Position numbers and translations under genes: made by a program | Shown here: positions 12,201 to 32,100 of the stretch, piece by piece | Layout of the letters: the number at the start of each line of letters is the position of its first letter | How positions within the stretch are numbered: the stretch's first letter is position 1 | NCBI GenBank assembly: GCA_040954595.2 | Contig: CM082579.2 | Location: 2,121,908 to 2,185,907, forward strand | DNA length: 64,000 bases | Source of the DNA: Balanoglossus misakiensis | Taxonomy: Eukaryota > Animalia > Hemichordata | Reading direction: 5' to 3' | Notes under the pieces: model-generated | Seen by the model: only the letters and a program-made list of their open reading frames with translations | The model's database searches: none | Told to the model about the DNA's origin: nothing

Positions 12201-15200
12201 TCATAAAAAGATTCTGGTCCAGGCTACAGATGAGACAGTGAGCGAGAGAGGGAGACAGCTCTTTATTTGTCCATCTGTATATGTGAATCCATGCATCTAA
12301 ACAGCATCAGTGTGTGATGAATGTCCTTACCTTGTTGCCAACAAGGAATGATTCCATGCCTTTGACAAATGACTTTTCAACTTTGATCGGTTTAGGGGTC
12401 GCTATGTAGGCCTGGTACACATGGCTTGCATGGAGCGCCAAGTCTTTCTGAATAAAAAAGCAAGTAGAAAATTATGGACTGGTATAAATGGAATTGTAAA
12501 AACACAGTCTATCAGCACTAACATTTTAGTCTAATACTGTCTGATCTTAATGACTGTGACACAAGCGTTGAAATAGAAATGAAAGTGTCTTACTTTGTTG
12601 AGGAACTTCAAATTTTCTACTCCAATCCAAAACCTGAAGCAGAAATCACAAATACTGGATTAATTACAAATATGATCTGAATTCAAGACACACAGCATAC
12701 ATGTACTATCCAAGAAAGTTTCAAACCATCAACACAAGGAATTTCTACTTGCCCAAGAAGGTTGTCCTTCTTTTCCCTCTTCAAGAATTTCATGAAATAT
12801 TTCCTGGCATTCGGATTATCCATGATTTCCTGGAAGCTGAGAACTTTCCTACGCCTGGAGTCAGTGGAATGTTCCCTGGTGGGAGAATCCTTTCCGTAGA
12901 ATTCGTATTCCGGACCTCCAAGCAGACGGATTCGCTTCTCACACTGTGACTTGGCGACTGTGCACTGAAAGTAGATATTTTGATTAAAACATTTTCACGA
13001 ACACATTTTCAGTTCTATGGGAATAATTTTTAAAATCTTAACTTACCTGATTAATGTATCTTTTGAGATTTCTTGCTTTCAGTAAATCTCCCTTTCCTTG
13101 ATTTTTTGGAGAGCCTTTCTTATCCGGCTCCAGTCCCCTTTCTTTCTTCAAATTCTGAATTGTTGTTGCTTGCATGATTTCTGTCATGATGCTATACCTG
13201 TATATGATGACCAAAATGAAATAACCATTTCAATAAATATTTGACCAATAAACCGGGACATTTTTCGCAAACAGTTTAAGATGCAGTTAGTTAGAAAAGA
13301 GAACATGTTCCATTTCCTCACCTAATCTGTTTAAGAACTTCAATATCATGGCAGTCATTAATCAACCGGATAAAATCTTCGTAACTTGCCGCGTAAGCAT
13401 ACGTCCGTTTGTGTTTCTCCGCTAACTGTTCTCTGTATTCCAAGTGACTGAGTATTGTCTGATTGATGTAGTCTGGGTCACATATCATGTCAACACAGGG
13501 CTTCATTACTGGAGAAGAGGAATAATATTACATGTCAATAACAGGAGTGGAGGAAACAAACAGCATGTGAAAACACTAAAACTGACCATTCAACCAACTT
13601 AACAATATACAAAATGTAATCACCTTGGCAAGCTAAGATTTCTCTGACAAGATGTCTAACGATAGTACATTTTCCAATTCTCTTCGGGGTCATTGTCCAT
13701 ATAAGAACATCTGCCGCCTTGCGTAAGAAGTCCAATTCACTATCTTCGCCATTTAAACACGGATGCAATAGAAAGGGGGTTGTGATGTGGTCAGGGTCTT
13801 TGCTGTAATGATCAAATTTGAAAGTTACCCCAAAACAGTCACCAGTGTGTGGAACTAAAAGCATCCATAGGGATTATGATGCACCCAACCAAGCATAAAA
13901 TAAATCTTGTACAGTTGCTTGTACTTCCTTGAAATCTAAAACTACATGCAACATAGGAGAACCAAGTAAAACCACCATACCTGGGTGCTGATTGTTTTAA
14001 ATCTTGAAAGTGTGTATGTAACTTGTTGATGTTGTCCTTAGTAATGAACCTGACCTGTAAAATATAAAAAGGAATGATCCTCTCTCCATCTCATATTTCT
14101 TAAATGTTATTGAGCCATCATTACTCTGTAACTGTTGTCGGACGGATATTGGCCATTGGTACTCACCAGATCCACTTTGGCTAATCTATGCATTAATTTT
14201 TCAACAGACTCCCACATGTCATCTCTGATGAGAGAGAAAAAATAGTCTGGTTATTTGTTGACTAAAATGCACATATAAGTTCATTTTTTTACTTCTTCAT
14301 AATATCACTCTATAGACAACTAAAGAAAAATCAAACATTTAGTCATCCAATACCAAAATATTTTAAAGGTTAATACAGTTTAGTTCTGATTCTCAAAACT
14401 AAAAGCTGGACTTACTCAATGATACTGATGAAATTGGATGGGTCATCGCACAGGTCTTTGTACCATATCAAGACATAATGCTGTACTATTAAGTCAAACA
14501 CTGAAAATGAATAAATAAGATTCTGTTATTGACCTCATTCTTCTTTGTCCCATCAAGATTTGTCAACACGTATATATAATCACCCTTTCTGAACAGTGGT
14601 TCAGGTGAAATATATTTTTGTAACGTGTACACACTATCTAGGTGTATGTACACAATTCCTTTGTTGACAAAATCATAGATGCCCACCTTCTTTGATAGCT
14701 TCATCCATGTTTTTTGAAATGACAACTCTTCTAGGACCCGGGACTGATTCCTTTTCAAGATTTTCCTGAAAAAGAAAAAGAAAAAGTTTCAAGTAAGCTG
14801 GTGGGCATACAGGACTTCCACACCATTAATCTGAAGTTCCTAGACTGTGATGTGACAGTCTGCTGGTCATCAGATTTGAACGTGGTTAGTTGTTCCTTCC
14901 TCAGTACCAAGTACATAAGCAGTAACCAAGCCCTCAAGTGCTGAAGGCTTCACTGTCATGATAAAACTAAAACAAATTACTTACAGCCATTTTAGTGAGG
15001 AGCAGATTTGCCACTGTGGCAGTCTCCTGAGGCGCAGGTCTGCGCTTCTCTCCAGAACAAGCCACAAACAGAAATCCCACCGCCAGTCCAGATACAATGA
15101 CTCCAGCATAGAACGAGATATAGAAAACCGATGGCAGAATACCCAGGTGGTACAACACCCATATGATTGTGAACAAAACTGTCACCACATAGATGTTGAA

Positions 15201-15224
15201 AAGTTTCTTTAGATTCACCATCAT
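9202..15224 (-). CDS. SNX25: Sorting nexin-25 (TM-PXA-RGS-PX-PXC), complete, 22 coding exons
   Basis: Exons: 14985-15224, 14687-14765, 14416-14500, 14167-14224, 13981-14054, 13624-13802, 13322-13508, 13047-13197, 12753-12964 (GC donor), 12594-12633, 12331-12447, 12038-12223, 11718-11876 (GC donor), 11385-11516, 11066-11218, 10837-10950, 10630-10718, 10413-10529, 10132-10272, 9813-9994, 9586-9686, 9202-9345. The phases all join. Two N-terminal TM helices, plus SNX25-type motifs ICDPDYINQ, TYAYAASYEDF, EIMQATTI, DLLKARNLKRYINQ, CEKRIRLLGGP, GEIFELKGVFKWFRKTL and FRDAMWPNG. A probable non-coding first exon ends at 15940, with the acceptor opening at 15414. Confidence 0.95.
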
Positions 15225-15321
15225 TAGGTTGTAGGAGGATAACCTTTTGGATGATTTCAGTCTTTGTCAAATAATGCAATGATATAACTTTGAAGCCAAT
15301 GAAGAGATGTTAAATCATTCT

Positions 15322-15368
15322 AAACATTTCCTATTGTCACAAAAAGAAAAACATTTCCTATTGTCACA
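15322..15368. repeat. Tandem duplication of 20 bp (aaacatttcctattgtcaca) in the presumed SNX25 5' UTR
   Basis: Two identical copies separated by a short A-rich spacer. Confidence 0.85.
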
Positions 15369-15939
15369 TCTTCCTGTTTCGAAGTCCCCCACTGTTTCAC
15401 TTATGGAAACATTCCTGAAAAGAAAGTGTAAAAAATATAATTACAGTCATAACAAAGTTACATATCACGGAACCTAATAAATAATCTTCATAATTTCTAT
15501 AGAAAGTGAATGTTTAAGAAACAAATCTGAAACTCGCAATGAAAGGTTAAAACAAAACAAAACATGATCATCAATAATTTTCTTGCTTATGCTACATAGC
15601 TGTCTACACACATCACCAGGAAATGTACACATATCTTTCCAGCAAGGTCACTTTATGTACTACTAGTATCTACGATCGGGACTGGGTGGAGATGACATTA
15701 TATTAGACATTCGTAAACTGAGTTTGTATATATTATGTATACGTCTTGAACGCACAAAAAAATCATATGCATCTCCCTTGATCTGAGTCATATATATGAT
15801 ATAGGTATATCTGCTACCATGGCAATAGGGTAGCTTAATTTTGCGATCAATTAGCACCAGTATTACGTTCAATTCAAAGCTGTTGGCTGTGAAACTGATT
15901 ATCACAAACGACTACGATAATCGTCTAAACAGTGCTTAC

Positions 15940-16166
15940 CATCAAAATCACGAGTAAATGGCGAAAACAGTCTAAATTTGGTGTTTATATCGAAACGCCG
16001 CGCCCTCTATCCAACGGATGGGCGTGACCTTTTATAAGGGCGGTCTGAGGTGAAAGTTCAAAGTTCATGCCCCAGAAGCAATGGCGACGGATGTGTGGTT
16101 TGTGTTTACGTTGTTATGAATTTACGTTTTTGTTGGCTTTGTCGCTATTAAAAGACCAACTCAATC
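15940..16166. promoter_or_regulatory. Very short bidirectional promoter/first-exon region between SNX25 and TMEM185
   Basis: The minus-strand donor ATG|GTAAGC at 15940 is 227 bp from the TMEM185 ATG. The region is CpG-rich, with GGGCG boxes, TTTTATAAG and an AGTTCA-A-AGTTCA direct repeat. Confidence 0.6.
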
Positions 16167-22027
<5,861 letters not shown>

Positions 22028-22848
22028 TGACACATTGTGAAAAACTTACACCAAGCTCCAAACTGAGAAATCAAAAAGTTATTTATCACGTGGTTCTGTA
22101 TATTAACTGGATTTTTATTTTAAATTTTGGCAGAAGGATGTATATTATGAATGTTACTTTATCATGTATCTTTTTTTCAAACTCCAACATAAATGTATGA
22201 TTTTACAGAAGGAGATTTAAAGAGAAATTTTAATGAACACTTTAAGTTGAGAAGGCCAAAATAGTCACACCATGCATTCAGATTAGTAAAAAAAATACTA
22301 CCCAGTATGTAAGAGCACAAGAAAAATTCAAAAATTAATATATCACCATTTTTATTGCATCAAAAATACCAGAAGCAAAAATTGTGCTGTAAACTCTTCC
22401 TATCCAAAGCAAATATATCAAAATATAGTAAATTAAAAAAGTAAATATATTTAGTCACCTTTAAACTTGATTGCAGCTAACTCAAGATGTCGTCTGAAAA
22501 TTTAGAATCATGAATTAATAAAAGGTGGATAACTAGTTATACAAATCAAGATACTATGATCAGAATTTTGATTTAAAAAATCATGACAATTGAAATGTGC
22601 AGATTGTCAATTTTGTTATTGGATGAAATCTATAAGAATTCAGAATTGAGTACTAATGCATCGCTCAAATAATCTTATAACAGATATCAAAGATATTTTT
22701 ATATGAAAGATTATCAGAAGAAAAGCATTACTACAGATATTATATCTTCAGTTATGTCGACTTGGTTTTATGTTATAGCTTCATAAACTATTTGTGAACA
22801 CATTGCTGTAAGTTTCCAAGAGGTTATTAAGTTTGATCATAACAATTT

Positions 22849-22854
22849 AATAAA
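22849..22854 (+). terminator. Candidate TMEM185 polyadenylation signal
   Basis: AATAAA at the end of the AT-rich 3' UTR, followed by T/GT-rich sequence. An alternative AATAAA lies at 22517-22522. Confidence 0.45.
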
Positions 22855-25800
22855 TACCAATATAAGATCACTGTGGCATTTTTGTAATGATAACTCTAGT
22901 TATACCATACTTGTTGATATTTTGCTTTCTGTTCGAGTGATGTCAAATCTGATATTTTTGTTCTGCGTCTGTACACATGCAGTTTCATTTTCAATTGTGC
23001 TTTCTGTAATACAACACTAGGTGGCGCTTTTACTGCGTCTTGAAAGACGATGACACAAGATGATAGCGAGAGCCACAGGTGCGGGAATCACTGACTGTGA
23101 TAGCAGTTTGATTCAACGTGAAAATAATAGTATTTTCAGGTTGAATCTAGCTGCTCACAGTCGATGATTCCAGTGCCTGTGGCGAGACCTAACACAACCC
23201 ATCATTGCAGTCCCTATCTTTTCTCCGAGAACATTTTAGATTATACTTGTTTTAGTTTACTCCTAAAAGGAGCATTTAATGCAGATTTTATGTCCTGTGA
23301 AAGCATTGAAAAAATGAGAGGTATCTGTTTCGCTTGAATTCATTTTACTATTTTGTGTACATATAGGGATGGTCTCTGTGTTCGTTACCAGGGGCAACAT
23401 AAACTCATGCGTGAAGAAGGGAAAATATTTGATGCAGGCATATCAATTTGCACAACACCCTTTTATTTGAAAAACAAACAAATAGGTGACTGGAGAAGCC
23501 CTTAATACCAACATATCGAATGCTGATCCAGAAATCTGATTCTCAACACTCAGGCTGCTAACATTCCTCCAATGAAAACATTGTAACAGTAAATCTTCTT
23601 TGTGTGTTTCTTTTGGAATTTGTCCGGCGTAAAGCATCGTGGAATAACAGTGTAAAGCAATGCTTTGTTTTTGTAGCCGATCAGGCATGAGAACTGTACT
23701 CGTCTATTTGCTCCATTTCATAACTTTCTGAGATTAAAAGTGCACTGCGCAAAAGTAAACGTCCCTTTGGTCCTCCAATCGTGTCATTTTTTCGGTTCAT
23801 TTGTTTTATGTTTATCTCTGCGTTGTAAATCTGCTTATGCTCACGTTTCAGCTTTTATACGCATGGTGATACTGGCACAGGTACACGATGGGAGACCACT
23901 AACATTAACGCTTGTTGCTGCTGTCCTAAACAGTGACACCTTTGATGCTGTTTGGCTGAAAAGTGGCACGCTTTATCGACAATCGGTCCTAGGCTATAGA
24001 TCTGATAATTGGATGCTCAGAATTTTTAATGCATCCATTTGCTTTCTTTTGAAAAGCGTATAGAATGAAATCTACTTCAGAATTTAAAAATGCATGACAT
24101 ATCAGAGATTCAGTCGGCCGTTGCGCACCCACGATAAGTCGTGGGAGAACCCCTGCAGGTATTCAACTTCACAAGGCACCAGGTTGTTCATATCTACTCA
24201 TAAATTACGTCATAAGGCCTCTACATTCAAAACTACTCGCAAATCAAATTCCCATCTGGTAAACATGGATTATTTGTCAGGCCCCCCAAAAATGAAAATT
24301 TAAATATTTATTTAAGGACAGGCATTATGAGTGAGGTCATGTGATAATGCAAGGTTCTGTAATCTATGTTAAGACGACTACCAATAAGAACTTGACAGAT
24401 CACAATTTATTTCTACCACTTGACCATATGTACAGAGAGATTTCTGTTAAATGGCCCATATTGTATAAATAGAAAATGTAGCATTTGAAAAGAAAATATT
24501 GCAGTTTCATAGCCATGCAGGCATTCCTCACGGCCTAACTTTGACATGTCATCTGTAAGACCAAACGCTTGGGAAAAGTAAACTATAAAAAAATGCAACT
24601 TCAACAAAATGTTCTGTCACATATCCTGCTGTTGCCACCAGCCCAGAAAAATGTGATGACCTCGAACATTAATCATCAATGGGTAATTTACGTTTAGGAT
24701 TTGCCCATAGAGATGGGTTTTGTTGGCCGATATCGCAGATTATGTCCATTGTACGATTCGGTCTTCCATTCGCCTTCCCTTTTGTATGTGCTTAATGCGT
24801 GCACAATTGCTTGCTATGAAATCTGTCTCTTTTCGAAGTCCGCACACATACAGACATTGATGTAAAATCCTCTGATATCTGCAGTATTATCTAAACCTCT
24901 ACTGAAGGAGAAAGTCTGTGTGTTTGTCATCAAGGAAGAAGCTTTTCAAACAAAGCAAGACAAAATCAGATTGATTGCTGCATGCACACACAAGGCACAA
25001 AATGAGACTTTCTGTTTTCGTCCTTTTTGGAAGTATCGCACATCAGCAGTACATGCACAATTCTTTTTTCTTCTTCAAATCCTGAATGAAATCTTGTGTA
25101 TTCGAAGTGAATGCATTTCAAACAAAGACGACGAGAGAGAAAAAAAGAAGAAAGACGATAAGCTGGTCAGCAACCTTTATGTTGTTCTATTTTTTCTATT
25201 CTTTGTGTCACAATTCAACCCTGGGGAAAAACAGACTGCGCCTTTAGTCCGTTCTGTAATGCCATCCTTGACAGTAGAACGGTTGAGTGAGAGAGAAAAA
25301 AAAAAGAGAAAAGTCAGGAATGAGAGACCTACAATTCCAGTCGAAACTGGGTTACTTAACTGCTGCAGATGGTTTTTCTACGTGTCTGGTGCAGTGTACA
25401 TGTATCTGCCATTGGTGCCATGCATGGCCTAGCGGAGCAGAGCTAGGGCATGGAGGATGGCCGGTGGGGGAGTGTACTTTTTTCATGCTTTCAAAATGAC
25501 GGACAATAGACTGTCTTGTTCTCCATGATTATACGCATTCTTAAGCGATGACTGCATATTATTACCAGCAGAGCAATAAAATAGCCATTTCATGCTCACT
25601 CTACCATTGGTAAACCACAGGACGTCGCTCTATGTTTTTGTGTAAACTTCAATCCCTGGACCCGATCGAGACTGAGGTGTACCTGTTCTGATTTTGTTTT
25701 CATGTCTCATTGTAACTCCTCATGCATTACTATAATTGAAATTATACCTTGACCCCACCCAAAAATATAACGTTTTGAATATACATGTAATGCATCTCTT

Positions 25801-28800
25801 CCACACCGAGTGGCAATATAGTTGGCAATAGTTTTAGCAAACACTTGAATCCAATTACATCAAATTTTTGGCATAGTGGGCTGGAAATTGACCATTTTGA
25901 AATTAATGGCCACTGGAACTATGAATATAACGGCAAAGTGCTGAATCGGTTATTTTTTGACTGATATTGTGAAATTTGATTTCTGCAACTGCGATACACA
26001 TGGATTTTTGTTTCAGTGGAAGTGCACCTGCTATGTAATTTCCTGGTGATTGACATGCAGTGATCCCTGTCAAATACAAAAACTCCATAAAAACGACATC
26101 TGTACACTAGCTGGCAATCCACAAAAAAACACCCTCAATAAATCTGCAGAACCTCCGGTATCTGATGACCGAGACAAGCACATACTTAACCTTCCCAAAA
26201 AGGGAGGTGTGAAACGCTCTGTATAAATTGTTCATACTCCGATGGCACCCAACAAAATGACCATTGTTTCGCCCGGGTCCTGCTTATCAATGTAGCGAAT
26301 GCACCGATTCTTTGCCCTGCCCTGGTTGCCCATTACTTTGCCAGTTGCTGGAGGGAACGAACTCTGAACGCCCGGAGTCCTGCCCTACATCGAAGGGGGC
26401 GTACCGAAATCAAAATTCATGTTGTGTATGTACGTGTCACCAAATCAAGGTCAGTGTCATTTTTCCAGTCTCTTTGTTGGTTTTTGATGCCTGGTTTAAC
26501 ATTTCTGTCAACCACAAGTGGTGTAATTTCATCAGCTACCGGTCTCCTTCAGTATTCTTATCACCGTTACTTGACATACCTTCACTCTACTGGGGATTAA
26601 ACATTTAAGCCTCATTCTTGAAATCTCTGAAATTATTTTCCAAAAGTACTTTTAAAAAAAAGTATCTTCTTCTTTATAATATATAAAGTAAACACAGTAA
26701 AATAATTATTTTCAACATTCTCCAAAAAATGCTACCTGGTTATCTGGGGCCATCATTCATCACTTGAAGACATACTGATTGATTTGATTTTAAAAGTAAA
26801 ATGTGGCATCTGTTTCTATTGTTTGAATCGTGCTTTCATTCCTAGTTTGTTTGACAACGGCCTGCCACCCACCAGCCTCCCTTTTTTCATGCCTTGTTCA
26901 GTTTTCAGTCTGCCCATTGTACACTGGCATGTAGCTCTGAATAAAACCAAAACAAACAACAAACCGAACCAAGCTGACATGAAAATAAATGACAACCCGA
27001 ATAGCATGGCTTCTTCTAAAGAAAGTCATTTATTTGTGATAGTACACGTTTTTTTAACTTCGTCGTTATTGTGCCGCCTTTGCACAGTGTCTGTGTTGTA
27101 CTTGACTCACTTTAACAGACAACTGTTGTTCATTGTTAAAAAACCAGCAAATCACTTCATCTCCCACAGCAATATGACCTCAGCTGACTTTTGAACTTAC
27201 TGAAATTGTTTAAAGACTATAATACTAGTATCAACGGGGTGCAAAATGTAAATAGGGAACTCTTTATAAGATAATATGTACTTCGTTGCAGATATATTGC
27301 ACACATTATGAAAAAGTTGAAATTTTGTACACTTTGTTGAAAATGTATTAACTCAGAAGAGTATAATCACTTCTGTGTTGTCAGCATGTAGACTAAATCG
27401 AGAAAATTCTGTTCTCGTTTAAAAAATGATGTGTCAGTAGCTGAAAGTTCTTTGAAAACAGACACACAGACAGCACATAGAACTGTCTCAGCAAACCACT
27501 AGTGGTGGTGTGCAGAGCATTCTGGGATTAGACACACTGGGATGCATGAATGGGTGTGTAAAGCCCTACAACCCTACAGGTTCCTTTCAGAGTCGCATGC
27601 ATGAAGTTGCTGGAGTATTTAAATAAGAATGTTACAAACCCCGGCATACAAATACTAAAAATAAAACCAACCGGGCATTCCAGGACTGAAATTTATCTTG
27701 CCGTGTTTCGTCGGCAGAAACACTCTACTCCATGACTGTTTTGATTGTTCTTCTTCAAAAGTACGCTACATTAGAAGTGAATTGAATGGCTTGTTGTGAA
27801 TTGGCGGTGCTTGAGTTGGCCGATATCTACTTCTTTACCAACTGAAATTTCCCCCTCATTACCACTGTGACAGACGCACCAAACAATGGAGGCAAAAGGG
27901 AAAACTTTTGTGGGGTATGTTGTGTCACGATTTGAAACAAATAAGTCCTCCCTTCGCTCAAAATGCGATATAATTATTTGAGGTCAACAGAAAGTTGAGT
28001 ATCTTTTGTCTTAAGACAGATTCTCATGCCCCTAACAGGTCAGGTTGAATGTCATGTAGTTGCAACATTTCAATACGCCTACTTTTATTTGATACCTGGT
28101 GCTTAACATGCCACTAGAATTAACTCCGCGGAATTCAAAGCACATAATGTTTTCTTTTTTTCTCTACGCACATTTGAGAGTGCAAAGACTCAGCTTGATT
28201 CATTCAACCTCAAACGTGTGTGACCGTCCTATGAAAGCCAACTGAAAGCTCAATTCCAACAAGACCCTATACACTCTGTCTTTTGTGTATCGTGCAAAGG
28301 ATGCCTGTCTTACCATGTCTTCTGGAGTATGTCATGTTTGTTACCATGGAAACTCAACTAATGAAATATTGCTGAACTCTGAGAGGTCAGATAGAAAAGA
28401 GGAACCAAAACATATGATCAAAATATAAAAGAGACTATAATTATTATCAAGTTTTGACATTTATGACAGTTTAAAATATTGACACATTGCAATTGTCATG
28501 ATGGTCTTTAAAATCAAATCCGTAAAAATATTTAAGTCAAAGGATCTTTAAAAAGCTTGGAAGAGCAGTAAAGATGTGGCAGCTGTAAATAAGTGTACAC
28601 ATCAACCTCTGTGAACAACAGGACACTAGCAAAACTCAAACAGACCAGCTGTACTTGACAGATCTCCAACCAAGCCTCCACAGCATTTCGGAAATCATTT
28701 TTCAGTGGAATTATCTCGTTGCGGCTCAATTTTTATCGTATATTTCAGCTGACACCGCCTACAGTGTACACATATCTGTGACAGGTGTAATATACGGCAC

Positions 28801-29132
28801 TGTGCGACCTCTGACCTCGGTGGCAAGGATAGGGTCAGCATGTGTGCCGCATCTGATCCCACAAGATCACGGCTGTTGTTCTCTAAAACTTTTAAAACAT
28901 GAAGTTGTTATAAATAGAATGGCAATATACCAAAGAAAAGTATTCTGGTTTTAAAAAAACATCTCTTCTGTACGTTTCTGGACAGCGGCTAGTCTTTGAG
29001 GTAATATATGCTAGTCACAGGACATCTTTCTCGTTCTTCCTATCATGAACTGCCCTTTTGAGGTATTGAGGTTAATAATTGCTGTATTCTCAGTTTTCAT
29101 GTAAAAATCTTCCTCCATTCACCAATCCGGTG

Positions 29133-32100
29133 TCAAAGTGTTTCAAGTTCCGCTGTTTTAGAGGTTACCACTTCTTCACTTTCCTGCAGAAAATCATCCT
29201 GGAAGGGAAAAAAGGAAACAAGAAATTTACAATAATAGGCATAAGTCAGACAGTTGAACCATCTCTTTAGCTCCACTATATACCCTTTGGACCCAGGTCA
29301 GGAGAAAACTTCCGAATATCAAACATCATAGGTCACCAGGAGATCAGAGTGCAGACGATTAATGTGATTTTTTCAGGTTGTAAATAAATCCTATTTTTTT
29401 CTCAAACCACTGGTCTGGCTGCCATTTCATTGTGCGACTCAGAGATGCTTGCTGATCAAAATAAATGAAAACTGGCAGTGACATTTCTTTCACATACTTT
29501 CACTATACTTTTCAGTTGGATTTGATAGTTGATTGGCGAATTGAAGATACCGATACTGTTACCGATATTTAAAGAGTCACCAATACGGATCATGTTTAAG
29601 GCTTCTTTTTTCAACTAAATTGATAATTCACTGATCTATTTGACAATCAAACTTTTCTATAAAAAAGGAAAAAGAAACCCATGCCACTATTCCAGGTATA
29701 CTCAAAGTGTGTTAGAGTACTCCAAGTCACTTTGATCACATGGAGAACAAAACAGTAGTTGACTCTGATACTCATTCCTCTCAGGCTGAAGGTTGCAAAC
29801 ATGTCAAGGGGACAATACAACAGACCGGAAAAGTGCAATTTGATTAAGTGTGCACTTGGCTACGTTACAGCCCAACCTGAAAGTTAAACTACGGAATCCA
29901 TCATGAATGAGAAAAGGAAAATGAGGTCACCCTGTGCAGTACGCGCAACAAAATTTATCACTGTCCAAGGCAAGTACAGCCTCCACGACAAAGAATTGTT
30001 TTACTGCGGTTGTTGTAGCAAGGAGTGTATCACTGGAGCATATAATTTAATAAAAACACTCTTATTAAGCGAGAGGAAAAACGCTTGAGGCTTGGCCGTG
30101 AGGACAATGTGGGGCATACGTTCTGGCAAATGGAGATGTATAATGGCCACTAAGGAGCAAAAATGCAGCCAAGTATTTGCGACAAAAGAGGACAAGCTTT
30201 TTTGCTGTAAAGAGGATGGATGGCGGTTGTGATTTCATAAAAGATTTCTGGTTCCATTTTGTCGTACACACATGTAATTAACTGTTTTAAAATCATCAGT
30301 CTTGTGCTACCTTGACAAGTTCACCATCGATCGCTGCCTTGACAAGTTCACCATCGATTTGAATTCATGTTTGCAAAGCATGAAAGGTTTCTCTTTGCAA
30401 GTATTTGGAGCATCTGATTCTCCTGCAGAATTTTTGTTTGAAGCAAAACTCAAAACTACCAAGAATTATTAGGCTGAGCTAAAAAGTAAAGTGGTTCCCT
30501 ACATCATGGGGGAAGACAAAAACTTTTTCTGAATTATCAGAACCGCACAATTTATTTCTACGTGGCTTTGTGAAATCACTACATTTGTTTCCATCAGAGG
30601 ACACCCATGACAATTTATCCAGGGCAGATTATTCATGTGGGCGTGCAAAGCTGTGAGTAAGATTAATATCCCAATGATTACAGCAACTATCTGGATATTT
30701 CAAAGCACGGGGGAAGTTGGCTAAATAATCGAAATATTTCCACAGCAACATGGGGATATAATTTTAATAGGAAGGTCTCACCAACATACCATTGAGATGT
30801 TACCTGGGAGTGTCTATCCATAGGTGACAATGGCGTTGCTTAGAGTAGGAATAATGTAAGTATACCCTTGTTGTGTTGGAGTAACTGCCTTTGTCAGTTG
30901 TAATTTGCTCTTAAGAGATTTACCATTATTTCTCCATTAATTAACAAGGTAGGTCTAATTAAACAGCGCAGTCTAATGCTACTGCAGGACACCTAGCTGA
31001 TTTGTACTCTTGGGAGCTCTAAGTGTTAATTGGCCTAAGGCAAGACGTCTGTTGGGCAAAATAGAGTCAGGCTGCTTAAATTGGTAAGGAAAATAATGCC
31101 AATCCTCACTCCATGTTGATTTTGGCTTCTTGGCTGCACTGACACTTGTTTTGAGTGCTTCTGACTGGCTGCATTGTTTTACAGTTCCTCTAATTGGCAA
31201 CTAATTGTCTGGTGTTTCAGTCTACAGACCGACACAATGGGACAGTTTTAATTGTAGTCGGAACAGTTTCTTTCTGGTTGCCGCATGAAAGACACCGAAC
31301 GACATCAGCTGACGCAAAAAAAGAGAGCACTGAAACAATAGTCAAATGGTGGGTGGTAAACAATAATTATGCTAAACAAAACAACAGAGAGAGAAAAGGT
31401 TCGAAATAAAACCTTCTGAACAATTGGTAGCCAATTAATGGGGCAATTTAGGTATGTACTGAAAGAAACTACTATGGCCGCGCCGGCACATTTGTTCTGT
31501 GATCACCAGTCAATGGCTGCTCTTGGGTCTGTGAACGTTTCCATGACGCACAGGAATGATATCAAGTGAAAATTTGCATGAATTGCTCAATGCAGGAATG
31601 AATACTGACTCACTGCAAGCAGCAGTCGATTGCTTGTCGATTTAGACACTTGAAATTTGAACCTGGTGATCTGCCGGTGAAGGGCAATGATTTTCTCATT
31701 TTGGGGTAGAGAAAGGTGCAAAGCAGTGTTCGAGCAAATATCTCCCAATGAACTAAAGAGTTCAGACTTTGTTCTGCTAAATGCTAAATTTTAATTGCCA
31801 GAAATTGTCAGGTCAAAGGTCACTCAACTTCTCTGAAGCTTTTACCTATGCAGAAGTATATGTACTTGCGCTGCAAACCTCATCAACATCATGCAAACAA
31901 TGAACATCATTTGAGTTGGTACAAAACCATGAGGCAAATATTTATTGATGTTCATAATTTTCCAATTGTTTCATAATTTACGACTAGAATGCAGATCACT
32001 GGTTATTCCACCAGTAATACTGACCCCTAGCATAGATCAAACTAATAAATCTACCAACCAATATTTGGATAAAAACAATCAACACTTGATATGCAATCAT

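Noticed and set aside
24920-25432. 170-aa ORF, the longest in the track
   Set aside because: It has a GTG start, homopolymer-driven low-complexity content, no recognisable domain and no convincing splice boundaries.
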